Shown: in pieces, positions 50,354-57,537 of the stretch
Layout of the letters: every line of letters starts with the position of its first letter
Numbering within the stretch: the stretch's first letter is position 1
Program-made: the position numbers and the translations under genes
From: a bacterium
GTDB lineage: Bacteria > JADJOY01
Direction: 5' to 3'
DNA length: 64,000 nt
Assembly: GCA_046331705.1 (NCBI GenBank)
Contig: JAXLQJ010000007.1
Span: 62,001-126,000 of the forward strand
Notes under the pieces: model-generated
Told to the model about the DNA's origin: nothing
The model's database searches: none
What the model saw: only the letters and a program-made list of their open reading frames with translations

Positions 50354-52006
50354 TCAATGGCCCGTGGCCCGTGCGCCGTGTGGATCCACGCGCGCCACCA
50401 TCAGCGCGAGCGGGGCCACCAGCAACAACGCCAGCGACATGAACCGGAACGCATCGAGGACGGCCAGCACGCTGGCCTGGCGTCCCACCTCGCCGGCGAT
50501 CATCGTCAACGCGCGGTCGTGCGCGATCCCCACGTTCGCGCCGTGGGGCAGCATCGCCGTGGTGAATCGGGCGAGCGCCTCGCGCGCCGGCGTGTCGAAC
50601 GGGTTCACGTGTGCCGCGAGGATCGCCTGGTGGACCTGGGCGCGCCGCGCCAGGATCGTGGTGACGATCGAGATGCCGACGCTGGCGCCCACGTTGCGCG
50701 CGAGGTTGATCAGGCTGGAGGCGCTGTTGTTCTTCCCGGGCGGCACCGTCGCGAAGGCCACCGTGTTGATCGGCACGAACAGGAACGCGAGCCCGACGCC
50801 CTGGACGACGCGATCGAACGCGACCTGGCCGAAGGTGGAATCGAGCGAGAGGTGCGTGAGACGGAAGAGCGCGTAGCTGCTCATCAGCAGACCGAACAGG
50901 ATGAGCCAGCGCGGTTGGACGCGCGTGACGAGCGTCCCCACCAGCGGCATGAGCGCCATGATCGTGAGCGCACCGCCGGTGAGCGCCATCCCGCTCTGCA
51001 TCGCCGTGTACCCCATGACCGTCTGCAGGAAGATCGGCAACAGCACCGTGCTGCCGAGCAGCGCGAAACCGAGGGCGAACATGAGCGTGAACGCGGTGCC
51101 GAAGGCGCGCGTGCCGAGCAGCCGCAGATCCACGATCGGATCGCGCTGGCGCAGCTCCCACACGATCGCCGCGGCGATCCCGAGCGCCGCGAGCACGGCG
51201 AACACGACGATGAAGCGCGACTCGAACCAGTCGTCCTCTTGTCCCTTGTCGAGGACGACTTGCAGACAGCCGAGCCCGAGCGTCACGAGACCGAGGCCGA
51301 TACCGTCGATCGGGCTGCCCCGCTTCGCCGCGCGCTCGGCGCGCTCGTGCGGCGGGTCCTCGACCACCCAGCGGCTCAAGACCAGCGAGAGGATCCCCAC
51401 CGGCACGTTCAGGTAGAACACCCAGCGCCACGAGAAGTTGTCGGTGATCCACCCGCCGAGGGTCGGGCCGAGCGCCGGCGCGCTGACCACGGCCACGCCG
51501 TAGACCGCGAAGGCCATGCCGCGTTTCGCCGGCTCGAACGTGTCGGCCAGGATCGCCTGCTCGCTCGGCTGCAGCCCGCCGCCGCCCGCCCCCTGCAGGA
51601 TGCGAAAGACGATGAGCCACCCCAGGCTCGGCGCCAGCCCGCACAGCGCCGAGCTCACGGTGAAGATCGCGACACACGTCATGTAGAAGCGCTTGCGCCC
51701 GACGAGTCGGCTCAGCCAGGCGCTGAGCGGGAGCACGATCGCGTTGGCGACCAGGTACGACGTGAGCACCCAGGTGGCTTCGTGAGTCGTCGACGAGAGA
51801 CTGCCGGCCATGTGCGGCAGCGCGACGTTGGCGATGCTGGTGTCGAGCACCTCCATGAACGTCGCGAGCGTCACCGTGAGCGCAACCACCCACGGATTGT
51901 GGGAAGGCCGCCACACCGCCGCCGGACCTGCCGTCGGGCGCGCCACCGCTGCCGGGCCATCGGCGACGAGCGGGCTGGCGTCGCCCGCAGCGGCCGCCGC
52001 GTTCAT
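50354..52006 (-). CDS. emrB: DHA2-family MFS efflux permease (EmrB/QacA)
   Basis: FMEVLDTSIANVALP, WVLTSY and GPTLGGWITDN motifs. ATGA overlap with emrA. Confidence 0.93.
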   Translation of the reverse strand: MNAAAAAGDASPLVADGPAAVARPTAGPAAVWRPSHNPWVVALTVTLATFMEVLDTSIANVALPHMAGSLSSTTHEATWVLTSYLVANAIVLPLSAWLSRLVGRKRFYMTCVAIFTVSSALCGLAPSLGWLIVFRILQGAGGGGLQPSEQAILADTFEPAKRGMAFAVYGVAVVSAPALGPTLGGWITDNFSWRWVFYLNVPVGILSLVLSRWVVEDPPHERAERAAKRGSPIDGIGLGLVTLGLGCLQVVLDKGQEDDWFESRFIVVFAVLAALGIAAAIVWELRQRDPIVDLRLLGTRAFGTAFTLMFALGFALLGSTVLLPIFLQTVMGYTAMQSGMALTGGALTIMALMPLVGTLVTRVQPRWLILFGLLMSSYALFRLTHLSLDSTFGQVAFDRVVQGVGLAFLFVPINTVAFATVPPGKNNSASSLINLARNVGASVGISIVTTILARRAQVHQAILAAHVNPFDTPAREALARFTTAMLPHGANVGIAHDRALTMIAGEVGRQASVLAVLDAFRFMSLALLLVAPLALMVARVDPHGARATGH

Positions 52007-53046
52007 CGCACCTTCACGTCCGGAACCACCGACATCCCCGGCGCCAGACCGACCAAGCTCGAGGCCGGCTCGTCGAAGCGGATCCGCACCGGCACCCGCT
52101 GGACCACCTTCACGTAGTTTCCCGTGGCGTTCTCGGGCGGCATGAGGCTGAACCGCGCCGCTGCTCCCGCTTGGATGCTCTGCACGTGCGCGGCGAGCCG
52201 GCGATCGGGAAACGCATCGGCGCGCACCTCCACCGATTGCCCCGGCCGCATGTCGGTGAGCTGGGTCTCCTTGAAGTTCGCCACCACCCAGACCTCGTCC
52301 CCGACCAGCGCCATCAAGGCCTGCCCCACCTGCACGAAGTCCCCCACCTCGACGCTCTTCATGGTGACGCGACCCGCCTTCGGCGCACGCACCTCCGTGT
52401 ACGAGAGCTGCTGCTCGGCCTGCCGAACGAGCACCGCGGCGCTCTCGACCTCGGCAGCGCGGGTGGCGACCTGGGACTCCGCGAGCGTGATCTCGGCCCG
52501 CGCGGCTTGCTCGCGGCTGCGCGCCAAGGCGGTCTCCGCCACCGTGCGCTTGGCCAACGTCTCCGCGTTGTCCAGCGCTTGGCGCGAGACCGCGCCCGCC
52601 GATACCTGCTGGTAGCGATGCAGGTCCTGGGCGGCGTTGCGTTCCTCCACCGCCGCGGCCTCCGCCGCCGCGTGGGCCTGATCCAGGGCCGCCTGCGCGA
52701 CCATCACCTGGGCGCGCGCCTGCACCAGCCGTCCCTCCGCCTCGGCGCGGGCCGCCGCGGCGCGCTCTCGTTCGTGGCGCAGGTCGGTCGACTCGAGTGC
52801 GACGAGCAGCGCCCCCGCCTCGACCCGCTGATCGGAGACCACCGCGACCGTGGCCACGCGGCCCGGAACCTGCGGCGCGACTCGCACGACCGTGCCGTCG
52901 ACGAACGCATCGTCCGTGGACTCGTAGTGGTGCGACTGCCAGGCGTAGCGGCCTCCTGCGCTCGCCGCGGCGAGGATCACGAGGGTCGGGAGGATCCAAC
53001 GCACGGGAGACCGTCGACTCGTCTGGGGGGGCTTCACCGGGTCCAT
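52003..53046 (-). CDS. emrA: HlyD/EmrA membrane fusion protein
   Basis: ESTDDAFV, ANFKETQ and PPENATGNYVKVVQRVPV motifs. Confidence 0.95.
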   Translation of the reverse strand: MDPVKPPQTSRRSPVRWILPTLVILAAASAGGRYAWQSHHYESTDDAFVDGTVVRVAPQVPGRVATVAVVSDQRVEAGALLVALESTDLRHERERAAAARAEAEGRLVQARAQVMVAQAALDQAHAAAEAAAVEERNAAQDLHRYQQVSAGAVSRQALDNAETLAKRTVAETALARSREQAARAEITLAESQVATRAAEVESAAVLVRQAEQQLSYTEVRAPKAGRVTMKSVEVGDFVQVGQALMALVGDEVWVVANFKETQLTDMRPGQSVEVRADAFPDRRLAAHVQSIQAGAAARFSLMPPENATGNYVKVVQRVPVRIRFDEPASSLVGLAPGMSVVPDVKVR

Positions 53047-53079
53047 CGTGCTCGCTCTCTCGCTCGGGGATTCCGCGAA

Positions 53080-53099
53080 ATGGTTTGGAGCCGAACTAC
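53080..53099. promoter_or_regulatory. Putative MarR operator upstream of emrA
   Basis: ATGGTTTGGAGCCGAACTAC is an imperfect palindrome, 16/20 identical to the site upstream of marR. Confidence 0.7.
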
Positions 53100-53112
53100 T
53101 TGGGCAAAAAAA

Positions 53113-53637
53113 TCAACCTGCCCCGGCGCGCGCGACGGCGTCGCGCACCTTGCCGAGCAATCGCACCAGCGCTCGTCGATCGGCCTCGCCCAGGCCGGCG
53201 ACCATCGTGGCCGTCATGCGGAAATAGTCGGGCAGCAGCCGATCGAGACAGGCCTGACCCTGCTCGGTGAGCGCCACCAGCGTCATGCGACGGTCGCCAG
53301 GATGGGCGGCGCGACGCACCAGGCGATCGCGCTCGAGCCCGTCGAGGAGCCCCGTCATCGTCGCGCGGGTCACGCCCAGCCAGTCGGCGATCTCCGAGGG
53401 CAGCGCGTTTCGCCCCTTTTCGCGCAGCAGGTACATCAGCACTCCGAAGCGCCCGGGCGCGATGTCGTGCTGCGCCAGGTAGGTCTCGATCGTCCGCGCG
53501 ACCGCGTTCCCGGTCACCACGATCGACAGGTACGCCTCGACCCCCGTGGGATCCATGGAGGAATAGCGGCGCGCGAGCGCGCGCGTGGTCTCGAAGCGCG
53601 GAAGCTCACGGAGCTGGATGCTGGATCGGTTCGCCAT
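53113..53637 (-). CDS. MarR-family transcriptional regulator
   Basis: PSEIA..VTRATMTGLLDGLE and DRR..LTEQG motifs. Confidence 0.93.
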   Translation of the reverse strand: MANRSSIQLRELPRFETTRALARRYSSMDPTGVEAYLSIVVTGNAVARTIETYLAQHDIAPGRFGVLMYLLREKGRNALPSEIADWLGVTRATMTGLLDGLERDRLVRRAAHPGDRRMTLVALTEQGQACLDRLLPDYFRMTATMVAGLGEADRRALVRLLGKVRDAVARAGAG

Positions 53638-53648
53638 CGGGAGCCGAC

Positions 53649-53677
53649 ATGGTAAGGAGGCGAACTATCTTCGCCAA
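53649..53677 (-). promoter_or_regulatory. Sigma-70 promoter of marR with an overlapping MarR operator
   Basis: Minus strand TTGGCG-N17-TACCAT. Operator ATGGTAAGGAGGCGAACTAT (53649-53668) covers the spacer and -10. Confidence 0.7.
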
Positions 53678-53809
53678 GGGCGGTCGCGGCGAGGCTGACG
53701 CCTCGGTCCGCGACCACGAGCGGCGTCCGCGCCGTGGCGCCGGATCCCGCGCACCCAGGGCATCGCCGCGGACGACCTCCGTCGCCGGCGACGCTTCACC
53801 CGGCGCCGC

Positions 53810-54922
53810 TCAGCCGCGCGCGTCAGCCGACCAGCGCCGGTAGGCCTTCACTTCCGCCCTGGTCATGTTGGTGTAGTTGGCGCTCTTGGGAATGATGCAG
53901 TCCTGGCACATCGCGAGGTCGCGGTAGCTGCCGTCGATCGCCTGCTGGCGCCACGCGGCGAGCTTCGCGTTCCGCCACCACACGTCGTGGAACGTCTCGG
54001 AGCGCAGATCGCCGAGCACGTTCACCATCTCGTTGTCGCGCGTGCAGGTGGTGACGCGCCCGTCCCAGTTCACCACCGGCGACTTGAAGAAGCCCGAGCA
54101 CGTGTGGGTGTTGGGGACGAGGATCTTGGAGCGCAGCCGCTCGACGAGGCCCCGGCGATCCTCCCCCACCAATCCCAGGCTCCTCATCAGCTCCAGATAG
54201 CGCGCGTTCGAGGCCTCCTGGTCGCGAGCGTCCAGGCAGTCGAGCTGGCGGAAGAACACGCAATTGTCGCGGTCGAAGTTGGGATGGAAGGCCGCGGCAC
54301 CGCAGTCGAGACCGCGCCGCTCGCACTCGCTGCGCCAGCGCCCCAGGAAGTCCGGCGCTTCGGCGGCGTTCGACTCGTGAACGATGAACTGGAACACCAG
54401 CTTCGGGTAGAGGGAGCGCTTCTCGGCGCGCAGCTTCACCAGCTCGCGCACGTTCGACTCGACGAGCGCGAAGTCGTTCTTTCCCTTGATGCCGACGTAG
54501 GTCTCGGGGCGCGCCGCGTCGATCGTGCAATGCCAGACCTGGAAGATGCTGTCGGTGTCGTTGGTGGCGAGCTCGCGAACGGCGGGACGCAACAAGTTCC
54601 CGTTGGTGTGGACCTCGACCTTCTTGAAGACTCGCTCGCGGGCGTTGAGCTCGAGCACGAACCGGTAGAGCTCGGCGAACTTGGGGTGCATCAGCGGCTC
54701 GCCGATCCAGAAGAGAATCAGCGTGTGGAATTGGAGCCGATGGCGCGCCATGTCCTCGAGCGCGGCATAGAACACGTCGGGGTTCAGGAACCCGCCGTCG
54801 TCGATGTGGGGATGGATGTCGTACTGCTGGATGCAGTGCTTGCACTTCAGGTTGCAGAGGTTGGTGAGCTCGAAGACGACGTAGCTCCCCTCGAAGGTCG
54901 GGACGACGCCGTTCACGCTCAT
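53810..54922 (-). CDS. Radical SAM/SPASM-twitch protein (BtrN-like), paralog of 44586-45875
   Basis: CNLKCKHC, WIGEP, VHTNG and TIDA motifs. Auxiliary Cys HTC..TTCTRD..CQDC. ATGA overlap with the upstream B12-rSAM gene. Confidence 0.9.
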   Translation of the reverse strand: MSVNGVVPTFEGSYVVFELTNLCNLKCKHCIQQYDIHPHIDDGGFLNPDVFYAALEDMARHRLQFHTLILFWIGEPLMHPKFAELYRFVLELNARERVFKKVEVHTNGNLLRPAVRELATNDTDSIFQVWHCTIDAARPETYVGIKGKNDFALVESNVRELVKLRAEKRSLYPKLVFQFIVHESNAAEAPDFLGRWRSECERRGLDCGAAAFHPNFDRDNCVFFRQLDCLDARDQEASNARYLELMRSLGLVGEDRRGLVERLRSKILVPNTHTCSGFFKSPVVNWDGRVTTCTRDNEMVNVLGDLRSETFHDVWWRNAKLAAWRQQAIDGSYRDLAMCQDCIIPKSANYTNMTRAEVKAYRRWSADARG

Positions 54923-56301
54923 GTCCGAAACGCCCATTCCATCACCCGCCACCCCGCGCTCATGCCCCGCGCGATCCCGCCGAGCCCGCGGCCGAAGCCG
55001 AGCAGCTCCAGGATCGCGCGCGGCCGCAAGTAGAAACGTAGATAGGCCTCGCGCAAGAGCCGCGCGAGCGATCGATCGTCCCAAGCCGGCCCCATCGCCG
55101 TGAGCCGCCGCGCCTCGGCGTCGAGCGGGCTCAACGCCGGGCTCTCGCGGATCCACCCCTCGCGCTCGGCCATGGCGTGCAGCGGCGTCGACTCGAAGGG
55201 CGAGAGCGTCGAGAACTGTGCGTAGGTGGGGGCGATCTCCGTGGCCAGGCGAATCGTCTCTCGGGCCTGCGCATGCGTCTGCGTCGGCAAGCCCAAGATG
55301 AAGTAGGCGAGCGTCGTCACCTCTTCCTCGCGACAGAGCTGGAACGCGCGGCGGACGTGCTCGACGCGAAACCCCTTGCGCAAGAACGCCAGCCCTTCGT
55401 CCGAGCCGTTGTCGACGCCGAACGCGAGCATCGCCAGGCCGGCACGCTTCATCAGCCGCAGCAGCTCGCGGTCCACCTGCTCGACGCGCGCCTCGGCCTT
55501 CCACCGAAAGCGCAGGCCACGGCGCAGGATCTCCTCGCAGATCGCGACCACTCGATCGCGCCGGAGCGTGAAGAGATCGTCGTAGAAGATCACGAACGGC
55601 GGCTCGTCGCCGTGGACCAGGCGCGCCAGCTCCTCGCCCACCGCGTGCGCCGAACGCGCGCGATACGGGTCGCCGTGCACGGCTTTCTCGCAGAAGATGC
55701 AGCGAAAGGGACAACCGCGTGAAGTTATCGCCGTCGCGATCCGCGCGGTTCGCCACAGCGGATAGCGATAGCCCTTCGCCGGCAGCAGATGACGGGCCGG
55801 CAGCGGCAGCGCGTCGAGATCGGCGATCGGCGCGGGTGGCGGCCCCTCCTGGTCACGCGTGACCACGCCGGCGATGCGCGCCGCCGATCCGGGGTCACCC
55901 GCGGCAACGCTCGCGACCAGCGCCGCGAACGAGCGCTCGCCTTCACCGCGCACCACGAACGAGGCCTCGGGAATCTCGTCGAAGATCCGCGCGCCGCGCA
56001 CGGTGGCATGCGGGCCGCCGATCACGACCGGCACGCCGAGCGGCTCGAGCACGCGGGCGGCGCGCACCGTGTCCTCGAACACCGGGGTCAGCCCGCCCAA
56101 GCCGATCAGCTCGGGCGCGAAGCGGCGCGCGCGAGCGAGCAAGCGCTCCCCCTCGAGGCGCTCGACGCGCGCGTCGAGCAAGCCCACGTCGTGCCCCTGA
56201 GCCTCGAGGCTTCCCGCCAGGTAGAGCAGACCGAGCGGCGGGACGCTCACGCCGCTTTCCGGGCGACGACGGCGGGGCGGCTGAACCAGAAGAACGCGCA
56301 T
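54919..56301 (-). CDS. B12-binding domain radical SAM enzyme
   Basis: PPLGLLYLA, GGPHAT, GEGE, DLDALPLPAR and TSRGCPFRCIFC motifs. Confidence 0.92.
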   Translation of the reverse strand: MRVLLVQPPRRRRPESGVSVPPLGLLYLAGSLEAQGHDVGLLDARVERLEGERLLARARRFAPELIGLGGLTPVFEDTVRAARVLEPLGVPVVIGGPHATVRGARIFDEIPEASFVVRGEGERSFAALVASVAAGDPGSAARIAGVVTRDQEGPPPAPIADLDALPLPARHLLPAKGYRYPLWRTARIATAITSRGCPFRCIFCEKAVHGDPYRARSAHAVGEELARLVHGDEPPFVIFYDDLFTLRRDRVVAICEEILRRGLRFRWKAEARVEQVDRELLRLMKRAGLAMLAFGVDNGSDEGLAFLRKGFRVEHVRRAFQLCREEEVTTLAYFILGLPTQTHAQARETIRLATEIAPTYAQFSTLSPFESTPLHAMAEREGWIRESPALSPLDAEARRLTAMGPAWDDRSLARLLREAYLRFYLRPRAILELLGFGRGLGGIARGMSAGWRVMEWAFRT

Positions 56302-56439
56302 CGAGCGACGAACGAGGTCGGCGGGAAACCGGGAGTGGCGGCGGCGCGTTCCGAGGGGAAAACGAGTGTCCCCTTCCCACCCCCACGCGTCAATGGTCGG
56401 GCGCGGGCGCTCGGCGAACACTCCCTGGCCGCGGCGTGC

Positions 56440-57537
56440 TCAGTCCGTCCACGCGATGTCGTGGAGGGTGAGCCCGTCGCGCCGGATCCAGCCGTAGATC
56501 GCGCGCGGCGAGATCCTTCGCTCGCGCCGGAGGCGCCAGCGCGCCGCCAGCATCCGCGGCACGCCGATCCAACCGTCGGCGAGGCTCCGCAGCGCGGCGC
56601 CGATCAGCCCCGCGCCGCGGGCGCGCTCCTGGAAGCGCGCCGAGGCGCCGCGACCGCGCACCACGCCCCACGCCTGCACGAGATGGCGTACGGCGGTGAG
56701 CGCCGGATTGAGCGCGACCAAGCCGAGCGGAAAATGCTTCGCGACCAGCCACACGCGGTTGCGTTCGACGTGATAGGCCTTGAAGGGCGAATAGGCGCCG
56801 GCCGTGACCGAGCCCACGTGCCACGCGAGCGCATCGGGCACGTACCGGCAACGATAGCCAGCGAGCCGGGCGCGGATGCCGAGCTCGGTGTCCTCGCCGT
56901 ACGCGAAGAAGCGTTCCTCGAGGCCGCCGCAGCCGAGCAACAGCTCGCGGCGATAGAGCGCCGCGGCACCGCTCGGGAAGAGCACGTCACGGCGCGTGTC
57001 GTATTGAGCGCGATCGATCTCGAGCCGGCCCCGGCCCCGGTTGAGGCCGTCGGCCGCGAGCAGATGGCCGGTGGTGTCGAGTCGCCCTGGAGAGCCCGCC
57101 AGCAGCACCTTTCCCGCGCACATCCCCACGCGCGGGTCGCGCTCCGCCTCGGCGATCAACGCGCCAGCCCAATCCGGGTGCGCCCAGGCGTCGTCGTTGA
57201 GCAACAGCACGTAGCGCCCGCGCGCGGCGCGAAGCCCCAGGTTCACGCCTGCCGCGAACCCCGCGTCGTGGCCCGCGACGATCACGGTGACCGCGGCGAG
57301 ATCCGCCGCCCATGCCGCTTCGAGGCGCGCGTCGCGCGCCCGAGCGAGCACCAGCAGGATCTCGAGCTCGACTCCTCGCTGCGCGCGCAGCGAGGCGAGC
57401 GTGACCCGCAGCGGATCCGGCAGGTCGCGGGACACGACGATCGCCGACGCGAGCGGCGAGACCTCGAGCGCGTCCTGCGGCGCGCGAGCGGGATGCGGAG
57501 GCGGAGCCGGCTCGTGCGCGCGCGCCGCGCGGCTCAC
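56440..57537 (-). CDS. Glycosyltransferase family 2 (rhamnosyltransferase/WsfF-like)
   Basis: GFAAGVNLG, LLNDDA, SGAAALYR, FFAYGEDTELG and ERNR motifs. GTG start overlaps the glnD stop (start uncertain). Confidence 0.88.
   Translation of the reverse strand: MSRAARAHEPAPPPHPARAPQDALEVSPLASAIVVSRDLPDPLRVTLASLRAQRGVELEILLVLARARDARLEAAWAADLAAVTVIVAGHDAGFAAGVNLGLRAARGRYVLLLNDDAWAHPDWAGALIAEAERDPRVGMCAGKVLLAGSPGRLDTTGHLLAADGLNRGRGRLEIDRAQYDTRRDVLFPSGAAALYRRELLLGCGGLEERFFAYGEDTELGIRARLAGYRCRYVPDALAWHVGSVTAGAYSPFKAYHVERNRVWLVAKHFPLGLVALNPALTAVRHLVQAWGVVRGRGASARFQERARGAGLIGAALRSLADGWIGVPRMLAARWRLRRERRISPRAIYGWIRRDGLTLHDIAWTD

Noticed and set aside
48867-51914. 1015-aa ORF suggesting an MFS-OMF fusion
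   Set aside because: The N-terminal part is an off-frame reading of emrB. The real lipoprotein starts at 50333.
33620-57537. RiPP cluster interpretation of the rSAM/SPASM genes
   Set aside because: I found no convincing precursor peptide, PqqD/RRE domain or peptidase-transporter, and the glycosyltransferase context fits better. Not fully excluded without RODEO.
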